A stretch of 64,000 bases of DNA from Candidatus Nezhaarchaeales archaeon. Its GTDB lineage: Archaea > Thermoproteota > Methanomethylicia > Nezhaarchaeales > JAWCJE01. Below are positions 1 to 9,851 of the stretch, in pieces (positions within the stretch are counted from its first letter, which is position 1; each line of letters opens with the position of its first letter). The notes beneath the pieces were generated by a model. It was not told where the DNA came from and did no database searches. It saw only the letters and a program-made list of their open reading frames with translations. The stretch spans positions 378-64,377 of the forward strand of contig JAWCJE010000010.1 in assembly GCA_038853715.1 (NCBI GenBank), given 5' to 3'. Both the position numbers and the translations under genes were made by a program.

Positions 1-219
1 TGAGGGACTCGAGCAGCCCTATTACTATAGCCGTTGACTCGAGCGGTGTTAGCGTTCATAAGTCTGGTGGATGGGTTACGCGCGTACACGGTAAGAAGAA
101 GCGCTACATCAAGATCCACTTCGCAGGTTAAGACTAAGGAGGTTTTAGCTATGGAGGTAACAACCGACGACGTTCACGACTCGGAAGCAGCATTAAGGAT
201 TGCTACGCTTACTGGTTAG
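1..219 (+). pseudogene. Remnant of an IS4/IS5-like DDE transposase. It is split between frame 3 (through the taa stop at 129-131) and frame 1 (34-219), and the window start truncates it.
   Basis: Frame 3 reads ...ITIAVDSSGVSVHKSGGWVTRVHGKKKRYIKIHFAG*. Frame 1 reads ...VKTKEVLAMEVTTDDVHDSEAALRIATLTG*. The AVDSSG ... KxHxAVD ... EVTxDxVHDS pattern is typical of the IS4/IS5 DDE core. There is a frameshift and a premature stop, and no C-terminal part. Confidence 0.35.
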
Positions 220-1325
220 AATAAGGACATCCGAATGAAGCATAATCCACATATTATGAATAGTAGTGGGAATAACGCTTTACGTGAAGGGCTTAGGGGT
301 GAAACGTCGTCGAGGGGTCCTGGATGGCCTCTTAAGGCGGTCATAAGCCCGAAGATGGCCATGACGGGCGATATGAAGATGGCCATGAAAAGCGTCGCCA
401 CCATTGAGATCGCGCTGTGAAGCCTTCTACCGGTTACTGCCCTTAACACGTGACCACCGTCAAGTTGCCCTATGGGTATCGCGTTAAGCAACGTTATGAT
501 GGTGCCGACCCAACCCGCAAACCCTACGGGGTGTAGGAGTGGCACGTAGTCTTCGCCAGCCTCGGGCATTAACCATCCGATTAAAAGCATGAAGACCGGA
601 CTAACTGGGAGCTCCGTAGGAGGTTCTGGAAGCCGTGCTATTAACGCGCTTGGTACTAGCACTGAAAGCTGGATGCCTATAGCTGATATCAATACGGCTG
701 TTATAAAGCCTACTAATGGTCCTAGGAGACCTAGGTCGAAAAGCTGATCCCTATTAACCGGTGGCGACTCCTGAAGTATTACGGCCCCAAAGGTCCCTAT
801 GGGGAAGAAGGGTGGTATTGGCGGAGCAGGTATGAAGAGTGGAGGTGTAGACTTTATCCCATGGTAGAGGCACGCAATCTTATGGCCTAGCTCGTGAAGC
901 CCCACTATTAAGAGGAGGGCTAACGTGTACGTTGGTACTACTAGCCATGGATTCATATTCGGCATTAACTCTTGAAGCACGGGGCTTAGCGTAAACGTAA
1001 ACCCGGCGAGAGATACCGTCGCAATGGTAGCTAGGAATAGGAGCTTGCTTAAACGCGTCCATTGCCTCTTACGTTTAACCATCGCCGGGAGGACCCTGAG
1101 AATTACTTGGCCACCCTCCCTCCGTAATATGGGGGTTAAACCCATAGGGATCAGCTTGAAGTTTAAGTCTAGGAAGCGCCGCTTCATATCGGGCTCCAGC
1201 CCTACCTCGTAGGTTAATGAGCTCAACGAAGGCCAAAGGTTTAGAACCTTAAACCTCGACTTTACGAGCTGATCAGCGGTGGCTAGCGGCTCCGGTAGGC
1301 TCCACATATGAGGCTCGCCCTCCAC
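216..1325 (-). CDS. Site-2 protease family (M50) membrane metalloprotease
   Basis: It is a multi-TM protein with an HExxH zinc motif (LHELGHKIA) and a Pro-rich segment typical of the S2P/M50 family. Confidence 0.6.
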   Translation of the reverse strand: MEGEPHMWSLPEPLATADQLVKSRFKVLNLWPSLSSLTYEVGLEPDMKRRFLDLNFKLIPMGLTPILRREGGQVILRVLPAMVKRKRQWTRLSKLLFLATIATVSLAGFTFTLSPVLQELMPNMNPWLVVPTYTLALLLIVGLHELGHKIACLYHGIKSTPPLFIPAPPIPPFFPIGTFGAVILQESPPVNRDQLFDLGLLGPLVGFITAVLISAIGIQLSVLVPSALIARLPEPPTELPVSPVFMLLIGWLMPEAGEDYVPLLHPVGFAGWVGTIITLLNAIPIGQLDGGHVLRAVTGRRLHSAISMVATLFMAIFISPVMAIFGLMTALRGHPGPLDDVSPLSPSRKALFPLLFIICGLCFIRMSLF

Positions 1326-1546
1326 GTATGTCTCCCATTAAATTAACCTAATTGGCTGAAAAGTCTTTCTAACCCGATCATTAAACATGCTTAAAACTGT
1401 AAGCGTCACTCGATGTAGAGCCAGCGCGATCTACATTAAGCTTGACGTAAAACCTTACGCGCGTAATTAACTGGTTACACTTTTAGCTTCCAAGTGCTTC
1501 ATGCAAGCAGTTTATAATTAGGTTTTAAAACACGAAAAGTAAAAAT

Positions 1547-2065
1547 TTGTTTATACATCCGTATCCTAAATACGCGTCGCTGGCTGGTGTTAGGTTGAGC
1601 TTTAACATTAGGGGGTTCAGACCGGAGGATTTGGATCGCGTAGTTATGATAAATAGATCCACTCTACCGGAGAATTACCCGCCAGATTTCTTCCTTTTTC
1701 ACTACCGTGAAAATCCGCGCGCCTTTATGGTGGCTGAGGTTAATGGTGAGGTTGTCGGCTACATTATGTGCAGGGTGGAGCGTGCATTTCAAGGGTTCAA
1801 GAAAGGAGTGATGAAGAAGGGGCATATAATATCGATCGCCGTACTACCTCACGCTAGAGGTAGAGGTATTGGGAGGGAGTTGTTACGTTTAGGTCTTCAA
1901 GCTTTGAAGGAGTACGAGGCGGACGAAGCGTACTTGGAGGTTCGAGTAAGCAATAAGGTAGCTATAAACCTCTATAAGTCCATGGGCTTCACGGTAGCTA
2001 AGAGGGTACCCGCGTACTACGCTGATGGGGAGGATGCGTACTTGATGGTTAAACCCCTTAAATAA
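1547..2065 (+). CDS. GNAT family N-acetyltransferase (RimI/Ard1-like)
   Basis: It carries the acetyl-CoA binding motif IAVLPHARGRGIGRELL and is 172 aa. Confidence 0.7.
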   Translation: MFIHPYPKYASLAGVRLSFNIRGFRPEDLDRVVMINRSTLPENYPPDFFLFHYRENPRAFMVAEVNGEVVGYIMCRVERAFQGFKKGVMKKGHIISIAVLPHARGRGIGRELLRLGLQALKEYEADEAYLEVRVSNKVAINLYKSMGFTVAKRVPAYYADGEDAYLMVKPLK

Positions 2066-2390
2066 GAGCTACGAGGTAACTACTTAACGATATAGGTGAA
2101 CGGTTTTAAGATCCTATCCTTCAGGTTAGCGAGTAACCTTCACCCTGAAGGTCGGAGGCTTGAATCTATGCTAAAGCTCGACTCTATAACGTTAAGTTTA
2201 ACCTATGCTTCCGGTGGAGGCTCCACTAGAACTTAAGTGGAGTTTGATGTTTCAAGCCGTCGATAAAAAAGTGAGGTATTGTATTGCTTTGGATACGATG
2301 CAAAGGTTTTATGATGACCGCTAAGTGAACTTATAAGGTCTTTATCGCCGGGTTTAGCTATAGCTACTTCTTCTAAGTACGGCGTAGACC

Positions 2391-3722
2391 TTAAAAAGGC
2401 CGATTTAACCCTGTTTGAACAGGGCCGAGGCCGATAGCTAAATAGTTAACCTTACCTAGGTACTCCCTCGGGTCGTAGATACGCCTACCGTCTACTACTA
2501 TCGGGCGCCTCATAAGCTTTAGGTAGTCTTCGGGCTTTAACCGTTTGAATTCATCCCACTCGGTTACGATTATGCAGCAATCAGCGCCTTTAATACATTC
2601 AAACGTTGAAGCAGCGTATTCCACCTCCTCGGGCAATATCCGCTTAGCGTTAGGTATTGCTACTGGATCGTAAACCACTACGTTAGCCTCCTCCTTTAAC
2701 AGCTCCTTAACCACCTTAATCGATACGGCTTCACGCATATCATTGGTACCGGGTTTAAAGGATAATCCGAGGATTGCGATACGCTTACCCTTTAAGCCGT
2801 GAAGTGCTTCCTTAGCGAGCTCTACGGCCTTAAGCGCCTGCTTACTATTAACCGCTTCAACGGCTTTAATCAACTCAGGTTCATAGTTTAATTGCTCCGC
2901 GAACCTAATTAACGCCTTAACGTCCTTAGGTAGACAGCTTCCTCCATAGCCTAGTCCAGCGTTTAAGAAGCTTGGTCCTATCCGTTTATCTAAGCCTATG
3001 CCCTTAGCAACCACGGTGACGTCGGCATTAGGTATTCGTTCACAGATGTTCGCCATGGTGTTTATGAAGCTTATCTTCATCGCTAAGAAAGCGTTACTGG
3101 CGTATTTTATAAGCTCGGCGTTTACCATCGTAGTCCTCAGTATGGGTGGTGCTTTAGCGTAGAAGGCGCGGTAGAAATCCTCGAGTAGGCTTCCAGACTT
3201 CTCGTCGTACTCACCTATTATGATTCTATCGGGTTGAAACGTATCGTATACGGCTGAACCCTCCCTTAAAAACTCGGGGTTTACGCATAACCCAAAGCCT
3301 TCGCCGCAACGTTTACCAGCTTCCTCTTCAATAACCCTTTTCACTAAATGTTCGCTTGTCCCTGGTGGTACCGTGCTTTTAACAACTACTAGGTGGTAAT
3401 CCGATTTATCGCGAAGCGCTAAGCCTATTTTCCGTGATACGTCCTCAATCTGGCTAAGGTCCGTACTACCATTAGGCTTTCCCGGCGTACCAACGGTTAT
3501 GAAAGAGGTACTAGTAGCTCGTATGGCTTCTTTAAAGTCTAAGGTGCAATTGAAAAGCCCTTTACGTAGGGATTCCGCGAGTAAGGTGGGTAAGCCTTCC
3601 TCATGGATTATGGGTATGCCTCTATTTATCGTTTCAACCTTTTCATGCTCAACGTCCACTCCGATTACCTTAAAACCCCTACTAGCGAAGCATACCGCGG
3701 TGCAAAGACCTACATACCCCAT
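2391..3722 (-). CDS. Nucleotide-sugar 6-dehydrogenase (UDP-glucose/GDP-mannose dehydrogenase family)
   Basis: It has an N-terminal Rossmann motif (GYVGLCTAVCFASRGFKVIGVD) and the catalytic Cys motif GGSCLPKDV. It is 443 aa. Confidence 0.8.
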   Translation of the reverse strand: MGYVGLCTAVCFASRGFKVIGVDVEHEKVETINRGIPIIHEEGLPTLLAESLRKGLFNCTLDFKEAIRATSTSFITVGTPGKPNGSTDLSQIEDVSRKIGLALRDKSDYHLVVVKSTVPPGTSEHLVKRVIEEEAGKRCGEGFGLCVNPEFLREGSAVYDTFQPDRIIIGEYDEKSGSLLEDFYRAFYAKAPPILRTTMVNAELIKYASNAFLAMKISFINTMANICERIPNADVTVVAKGIGLDKRIGPSFLNAGLGYGGSCLPKDVKALIRFAEQLNYEPELIKAVEAVNSKQALKAVELAKEALHGLKGKRIAILGLSFKPGTNDMREAVSIKVVKELLKEEANVVVYDPVAIPNAKRILPEEVEYAASTFECIKGADCCIIVTEWDEFKRLKPEDYLKLMRRPIVVDGRRIYDPREYLGKVNYLAIGLGPVQTGLNRPF

Positions 3723-3938
3723 GCCGAAGACGGAGATGCCTCGCGTAGAAAACCCCGTTAAGCTTAGGCGTTAGCCCTTAATAGCTTTAACCTAGGGAGG
3801 TAAGGTTTCAACTGAAAGTTAAGCTTTAACTCTGCTGAAATAGCTAAAGGTTTACATGGTTTCTACCGGAGCCTTCGATGGGAATTAAGCGAGCCTTTTT
3901 AGGTGGGAACGGCTTAAGCTGTTAAGGGGGTTTTAAGC

Positions 3939-4817
3939 GTGGCGTTCACCGTTCGTAAGGCTGTAATACCGGCGGCAGGTTTAGGGACTAGGCTTCTACC
4001 GGCAACCAAGGAGATGCCTAAGGAGATGCTTCCAATCTTCGTTAGATGTGGGGATGGTAGGATCCGCTTAAAACCTATGCTTCAAGCTATCTTCGAGCAG
4101 CTCTACGACTTCGGGTTTAGGGAGTTCTGCTTCGTGGTTGGAAGAGGTAAAAGAGCTATAGAGGATCACTTCACGCCGGATAGGGAGTTCCTTAACTTTT
4201 TAAGGGAGAAGCGTAAAGACGATGCAGTTAACGATCTAGAGGCCTTCTACGAGAAGATTAATAGTTCAAGCATAGTTTTCATCAATCAGCCTGAACCGCA
4301 CGGTTTTGGGGACGCCATACTTAAGGCTAAGCCCTTCGTAAAGGAGCCCTTCTTGGTTCACGCTGGCGATACGTATATTATCTCGCGCAACCTAAGCCAC
4401 CTGGTTAGGCTTATGAGGCATTACGAAGGCCTGAAGGCTAAGGCTACGCTCCTAATTCAAGAGGTTGAAGACCCTAGGCAGTACGGTGTTGTAGAGGGCG
4501 TTGAAGTTGAAGAGGGCGTATATAGGGTTAAGAGGGTTGTAGAGAAGCCTGAGAAGCCGCCTAGTAGGCTGGCGATAATGCCTCTTTACGTTTTCGCGGA
4601 AACTATTTTCGACGCCCTCGAAGTAACACCGACCGGGGTTGGAGGCGAGGTTCAACTTACCGATGGTATTCAAAAGCTAATAGATTGGGGGTTTAACGTA
4701 GTAGCGGTTAAACTAGCGGCTGAAGATATTAGGTTGGACATTGGAAGCCCTAAAACGTGTTGGGATGCCTTAAGGCTTTCGTATAAGGCTTTCGGCGGCG
4801 AGGAACAGTATGAGTGA
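3939..4817 (+). CDS. Sugar-1-phosphate nucleotidyltransferase (UTP-glucose-1-phosphate uridylyltransferase-like)
   Basis: It has the N-terminal motif KAVIPAAGLGTRLLPATKEMPKEMLP typical of GalU/RmlA-type NTP transferases. Confidence 0.7.
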   Translation: MAFTVRKAVIPAAGLGTRLLPATKEMPKEMLPIFVRCGDGRIRLKPMLQAIFEQLYDFGFREFCFVVGRGKRAIEDHFTPDREFLNFLREKRKDDAVNDLEAFYEKINSSSIVFINQPEPHGFGDAILKAKPFVKEPFLVHAGDTYIISRNLSHLVRLMRHYEGLKAKATLLIQEVEDPRQYGVVEGVEVEEGVYRVKRVVEKPEKPPSRLAIMPLYVFAETIFDALEVTPTGVGGEVQLTDGIQKLIDWGFNVVAVKLAAEDIRLDIGSPKTCWDALRLSYKAFGGEEQYE

Positions 4818-5850
4818 GGATAGTATTGAGGAAGGCGTAGAACGCGTATTATCGGACTTAAACCTCGAGGAATTAAACGGTAAAAGGGTCCTTGTAACCG
4901 GCGGCGCCGGGTTTCTAGGTAGCTGGATGTGTGACGTACTGGTTAGGGTTAAAGCGCGGGTGGTTTGCCTCGATAACCTATCGGGGGGGAGGCTTGAAAA
5001 CGTTAACCATCTCCTAGGCTTAGAGGGCTTTAAGTTCGTAATGGGTGATGTATGCTCGTTTAAAAGCGACGAGCGATACGACTACATCCTCCACTTAGCA
5101 AGCCGCGCTGCACCCGAGGAGTACCAGCGCTACCCTATCGATACGCTCTTAGCCAATTCGTTAGGTAGCTTAAACGTGCTTGAGCTAGCTAGGAGGAATG
5201 ACGCGACAATACTCCTCGCTTCAACCTCCGAGGTTTACGGCGATTCGGAAGTAGTTCCTACCCCGGAGGATTACTGGGGTTACGTTAACCCGGTAGGGGT
5301 AAGGTCCTGCTACGATGAGGGTAAGAGGTTTGCCGAGGCTCTTTTCATGGCTTACCATAGGCAGTACGGGCTTAACACTAGGATCGTTAGGATATTTAAC
5401 ACGTACGGCCCTAGGATGAGGGGGGATGGATTCTACGCTAGGGTAATACCTAGGTTCGTAGTGCAAGCCTTAAGGGGCGAGGACTTAACGGTTTACGGTG
5501 ATGGAAGCCAAACCCGCTCATTCTGCTACGTATCGGATACCGCGGCAGGTATGCTACTCGCATTGTTAAAGCCAACAGCTAAAGGTGAAGTTATAAACAT
5601 CGGTAGCCCATGGGAAATAAGCATCTTGGAGCTGGCTAAAAAGGTAAAGGAAATGGTTAAAAGCGCCTCCAACATAGTTTTTAAGCCCCTACCACCCGAT
5701 GACCCTAAAAGGCGGAGGCCCGATGTTCAGAAGGCTAAAAAGCTACTCGGCTGGGAAGCTAAAGTTAGACTTGAGGAAGGGTTAGCGAGGACGGTTAACT
5801 GGTTTAAGGCGCATATCGGTTTAGGTGCTCGCGGAGCCCATCCCCGTTAA
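4810..5850 (+). CDS. NAD-dependent epimerase/dehydratase of the SDR family, UDP-glucuronate decarboxylase (UXS)-like
   Basis: It has the TGGAGFLGS Rossmann motif and the motifs NTYGPRM and VYGDGSQTRSFCYVSD characteristic of UXS/dTDP-glucose dehydratase-like SDRs. It is translationally coupled to the upstream nucleotidyltransferase. Confidence 0.7.
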   Translation: MSEDSIEEGVERVLSDLNLEELNGKRVLVTGGAGFLGSWMCDVLVRVKARVVCLDNLSGGRLENVNHLLGLEGFKFVMGDVCSFKSDERYDYILHLASRAAPEEYQRYPIDTLLANSLGSLNVLELARRNDATILLASTSEVYGDSEVVPTPEDYWGYVNPVGVRSCYDEGKRFAEALFMAYHRQYGLNTRIVRIFNTYGPRMRGDGFYARVIPRFVVQALRGEDLTVYGDGSQTRSFCYVSDTAAGMLLALLKPTAKGEVINIGSPWEISILELAKKVKEMVKSASNIVFKPLPPDDPKRRRPDVQKAKKLLGWEAKVRLEEGLARTVNWFKAHIGLGARGAHPR

Positions 5851-5855
5851 CTCCT

Positions 5856-6092
5856 TCACCTTTCCTCCACGGGTGGGTGCGGCGAGGCCAGTTTCATTAA
5901 GGCTGATAGGAGCTTGTATTGAACCCCTTTATTTAACGATCGGTTGTAGGCTTGTATCCTCCTTAAGGCTGAGGCCAGCTCAAGCTTATTCTTAACGCCA
6001 GCGTCCGCTTCACGCTCGAACCTTTTAACCACCATTTCCACTAGAAATACTGGTTCTGAAGCTAGTTTACGAGGCCCCGGCGAACGCTTCAA
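5856..6092 (-). CDS. Hypothetical small protein (uncertain)
   Basis: This 78-aa ORF lies in the 320-bp gap between convergent genes and has no recognisable motif. Confidence 0.15.
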   Translation of the reverse strand: MKRSPGPRKLASEPVFLVEMVVKRFEREADAGVKNKLELASALRRIQAYNRSLNKGVQYKLLSALMKLASPHPPVEER

Positions 6093-6169
6093 CCTTAGCT
6101 AATGAAGGGCTTAACGAGTGGTTAATAGGGGTCGATGGAAGGGGCTTAAAGTCTTGCTTAAACGGCCCT

Positions 6170-7066
6170 TTAAAGCCTCAAGGGAGAAGCCAGTAGAAAA
6201 CCGAGGGCCATTAACGCTTGGGTTAATAGGACGGTGACAACGTTTGCGCTTAACGCCTTAACGACTTTATCGCTTGAATGGTGTTTAAGCGCGCTGCTTA
6301 CCGCTTTAATAGCGAAGGGCAGGGTTATAAGGCTGATGAGTAGGGAGGGGGGCATTAAGTTAATCGCCGTGAAGATCAGTATCCAGCAGTAAGCGGCCAT
6401 GGTGAGGGCGCCGTAAAGCTTCGCGGCTCTAGGTTTTCCCAGCGCTATTACGAGGTTTCTTCTTCCATGCTTTGCATCGGGTTCCACGTCGGGGAACTCG
6501 TTAAGAAAGAGTAGGTTAAACACCAGTATGAAGGGGGGTACCGAGGCCGCCGCGGCTGTAGGGCTATACGTACCGGATTGAACGAAGTAAGCCCCTAGGA
6601 CTGGTAGTGCCCCTAGCCCTAAGCCAGCAAACACTTCTCCAAGCATCCACCTAGCGAGGTGCGTCGTGTAAAAGTAGGTGGCTATAGCGCCTATCACTAC
6701 GATTGGTAGAAGCAGAAGGCCCCTAACGGCGATGAAGTATACCCCTATCATAAGCCCGAGTAGGAGGCAGACTACGCCAAACCTATATACGGAGGTTGGG
6801 CTAAGTAGTTGGGCCGGGAGAATACCGCTACCTCCGCTAAAAGGCGTTCTTCTAGCCTCTAAGTCTATACCTGACTTGTAGTCAAAGTAGTCATTAAGCA
6901 CGTTTACGCTAATATGGAGAAGTAGTAGCCCGATAAGGGCTAGTAGGAAGTATATTGGGTTGAAGAAGCCCTCGTAAACAGCCACGGCCGTACCGAGGAG
7001 GATTAAAACAACCGAGAGAAGTAGGAATTGAGGCCTTACTTCAACGAACCATATCTTTAACTTCAC
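6170..7066 (-). CDS. UbiA-family prenyltransferase, MenA-like (1,4-dihydroxy-2-naphthoate polyprenyltransferase-like)
   Basis: It has about 8 TM helices and the Asp-rich motif NVLNDYFDYKSGID, which matches the NDxxDxxxD pattern of the UbiA family. Confidence 0.65.
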   Translation of the reverse strand: MKLKIWFVEVRPQFLLLSVVLILLGTAVAVYEGFFNPIYFLLALIGLLLLHISVNVLNDYFDYKSGIDLEARRTPFSGGSGILPAQLLSPTSVYRFGVVCLLLGLMIGVYFIAVRGLLLLPIVVIGAIATYFYTTHLARWMLGEVFAGLGLGALPVLGAYFVQSGTYSPTAAAASVPPFILVFNLLFLNEFPDVEPDAKHGRRNLVIALGKPRAAKLYGALTMAAYCWILIFTAINLMPPSLLISLITLPFAIKAVSSALKHHSSDKVVKALSANVVTVLLTQALMALGFLLASPLRL

Positions 7067-7181
7067 GTTAAACCGCTCCGCCCAAGGCTTTAGGGGGTAG
7101 GTATTTAACCGTTTCGACCCCCTTTAACCTCATTAAGGCTTGTCCTCGTTAAAGCCGGTAACCGGCTTCTTACTGCACCTC

Positions 7182-8342
7182 TTAATAGGCGTTGCTTAAT
7201 AGGTGGATATTCCCTATTACCACGTTGTTTAACCCTTCCCTTTTAGCGGCCTTTAAGGCTTCCTGAGCGTGGGAACTACTCGTTGTTGGGAGGTCGTGGA
7301 TCATGTAGCAAGGGTAGAAAGCTAGTAAGCTATAGGGGATGTTGGGGTTTAAGCTCGCTATGAAGCGAGCTATGCTTTTAACCTCTTCAACGTCGACGTA
7401 GCCCGGTACTAGAAGCGTACTCGCGGTAAGTAGCGGCGGGTTTAAGCGTTCTCCTATAAGGCTAGCTACAAACCTAAAGTTTTCGTAGATAGGCTTATTG
7501 GAGACGCCGCATAGCGCTTTATAGATTGGTTCTGACCAAGCTTTTAAGTCAAACTTTATGTTGCCGCCTGTTTTAAGCGATAGTTCAACGGCCTTCTCAA
7601 CGGCCTTCCTACTCATAAGCCCATTCGTCTCCCAGCAGATCCTTAGAATACCGTTCCACTGTTTAGCCCTTTTAATGGCTAGCTCGCTGGTTTTAATGGC
7701 GTGAGGCATCTGTGGTGATGGATCCCCGCCGAAGTAGCATATACAGGAAACCCTTTCGTTAACCTTGGAGGCTAGTTCTTCAGCGGTTAAAATAGGTGTT
7801 CCACGGAACGCTAGCTCCCTATAACTCCAGTTTTGGCAGAATAAGCAATCGAGGGAGCAGCTACCATAGAATACGGCTAGGTTATTATACCCGTATTCAG
7901 GGCCGTTTAAATAGGCGTACTTAGGGTAACCGGACCCGGTACAGCCTGGACATGTGAAGGCTGCTACGCAATTAGTAGGTAGGGGGTCGTAATACCACTC
8001 CAATAAGCCTTTATCCGGGGTTCCAGCGATCCTTAAAATGTTGCCATCCTGATTTCTAGCTAACCCACAGTAACCATAACCGCCTATTGGAATACGGCAA
8101 TCGTTAGCGCAAAGACCGCATAAAGCCCCCTTCGGGTCCTTGGGGGGTTCCTTCGGGAGGCCGTACCTACCACGGCTTTCTCGGTGTGCCTCCATAGCTA
8201 TTGGTAAAGCTTCCGAGGGCCTATCCTTAAGGCATTGGGCGCAAACACCTATGGCGGATGCGATAAGCTTACTTCTAGCTCCACATACCTTACATTCTTT
8301 CTCCTTAACCATTAGCGGTTTAAGCGTCCTAAAAATAGTCAT
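7182..8342 (-). CDS. Radical SAM enzyme, pyruvate formate-lyase activating enzyme-like (COG1180-type), with an N-terminal Cys-rich segment
   Basis: It has a CxxxCxxC motif (CSLDCLFCQNW) and an N-terminal CKVCG...CAQC zinc-ribbon-like segment. It is 386 aa. Confidence 0.6.
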   Translation of the reverse strand: MTIFRTLKPLMVKEKECKVCGARSKLIASAIGVCAQCLKDRPSEALPIAMEAHRESRGRYGLPKEPPKDPKGALCGLCANDCRIPIGGYGYCGLARNQDGNILRIAGTPDKGLLEWYYDPLPTNCVAAFTCPGCTGSGYPKYAYLNGPEYGYNNLAVFYGSCSLDCLFCQNWSYRELAFRGTPILTAEELASKVNERVSCICYFGGDPSPQMPHAIKTSELAIKRAKQWNGILRICWETNGLMSRKAVEKAVELSLKTGGNIKFDLKAWSEPIYKALCGVSNKPIYENFRFVASLIGERLNPPLLTASTLLVPGYVDVEEVKSIARFIASLNPNIPYSLLAFYPCYMIHDLPTTSSSHAQEALKAAKREGLNNVVIGNIHLLSNAY

Positions 8343-8456
8343 AGTATCACTCTGATAAGTCCCTATATATTCATTTAAAACCGTAGGTAATAAGGGATAC
8401 GAAGTACCTCCAATAACCCCGTAGCGGTTAGGGTTCTAGGCTTCGATACGGCTATG

Positions 8457-8672
8457 TTAACTGTTAACGGGTTTACTTTTTTTAAGTTTGACGTACATCC
8501 CGATGAGAAGTACTGTTGGAAGGTAGAAAACTAAGACCTCGAAAACGGGGTCGAAACCTAGGGATACGCCGAGTAGTTTTACCATGATGAGCGTAACGGT
8601 TAAAGCCGTCATGATTAAAGCTGAAGCTAGTAGTGCTACTTCCTCATCCTTATCCAGCGCCATAAGGGCCAC
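8457..8672 (-). CDS. Small hydrophobic protein (uncertain)
   Basis: It is 71 aa with two predicted TM helices. An antisense ORF at 8584-8766 makes either call uncertain. Confidence 0.2.
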   Translation of the reverse strand: MALMALDKDEEVALLASALIMTALTVTLIMVKLLGVSLGFDPVFEVLVFYLPTVLLIGMYVKLKKSKPVNS

Positions 8673-8821
8673 TCAGCCTGACCATCCAAGGGTTTTTAGC
8701 GTCACGACGCCATGCGGGGGCTTCTTAGCTTCCTTAAAGGGGCCTTTAGACCTATCGTCCATATAGGTTCGGTACTAGGTTTAGGCTTTACGGTTTTTTA
8801 AAATTTATAATGAGGGGGGGT

Positions 8822-9109
8822 TTAAGGTTGGGGCTTCCTAACCCATCGATCTAAACGTTTAACCACCAAACCCTTCCTTTGAAGGGCGCCTAGTAACGCG
8901 TAAACCTTACTCGGCTTGAAGTTTAAAGCGTTAACTAGCTCATCAACGGTGGTTTTACCTGCTTCAAGTGCCTTTAACAACTTTACCGCGTCTTCGCTTA
9001 AGCCCTCGTATTGATGCGCCTCCTGATGAAGCCTTATAGCTACCACGGCGTTAGCGTTAAACTTCGCACCGCATTTAGGACAATACCAAGTCAGAGGCCG
9101 ATCCCCCAT
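8822..9109 (-). CDS. Putative transcription regulator with a zinc ribbon and a winged helix
   Basis: It has an N-terminal CPKCGAKF...H..H zinc-ribbon-like motif and a C-terminal winged-helix-like segment (VDELVNALNFKPSKVYALLGALQRKGLV). Confidence 0.45.
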   Translation of the reverse strand: MGDRPLTWYCPKCGAKFNANAVVAIRLHQEAHQYEGLSEDAVKLLKALEAGKTTVDELVNALNFKPSKVYALLGALQRKGLVVKRLDRWVRKPQP

Positions 9110-9474
9110 ATTATTTTTATCCCGTTTAATTAATTTACGGACCTAACCCTTAGGTATATTATGCTACTTGTATGGGTACTTTGATGCTAGCCTCTTGTAC
9201 CTTATGGTTATCCTTCCGAAGGCTTTTATTCACGCTAAGAACCTTTCAACAGCGCTCCTCCCGTTAACTTTATCTCCTGGATTACTCACCTGAAAGAACG
9301 ACAAGCTTAACAATCCCTTTACCTCTGTAAAGCCTCTTACAAGCATCACTAAGTGAGAATACTTGACATACGAGCTTGAGCAAGAAAGTATAATAAAAAT
9401 GCTTTTATCACGTAAAGCTAAGAATGTTTTACTTCAACTTCCTGATGGGTTAAAGCCCTACAGCACCGTTAAGG

Positions 9475-9843
9475 GTGGGTGGAAACGTGAAGGTTGAAGG
9501 AAGGGCCTTCACACTGGCAGCGCTCCTAGCGTTCTTAGCGCTTCAGGCGGCCCAGCCCGTGATGGCTCAGGAGTTAACGGTTAGCGTCGATAAACGCTTC
9601 TACATGCTCGGCGAAACGGTGACTGTTAGCGGCTCCTGCCCGCGGGGCTCAACGGTTTTAATAATGGTTCGGGACAGCGTTGGGAGACCGGTGTTCACCG
9701 ATCAGCTATGGGAGGGCTACGGCGTAACCGGTACGAGCTACAGGACGAGCTTCAGGCCCCCCTTCAGCATATCCTACCCTAAACCGACGTGCCCTTTAGG
9801 CAGGTTTGGCTGTACTACGGAAACTACACCGTTACAGCTTTAA
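9475..9843 (+). CDS. Secreted hypothetical protein
   Basis: It has an N-terminal signal peptide (AFTLAALLAFLALQAAQPVMA) and uses a GTG start. Confidence 0.4.
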   Translation: MGGNVKVEGRAFTLAALLAFLALQAAQPVMAQELTVSVDKRFYMLGETVTVSGSCPRGSTVLIMVRDSVGRPVFTDQLWEGYGVTGTSYRTSFRPPFSISYPKPTCPLGRFGCTTETTPLQL

Positions 9844-9851
9844 GGGCATCC

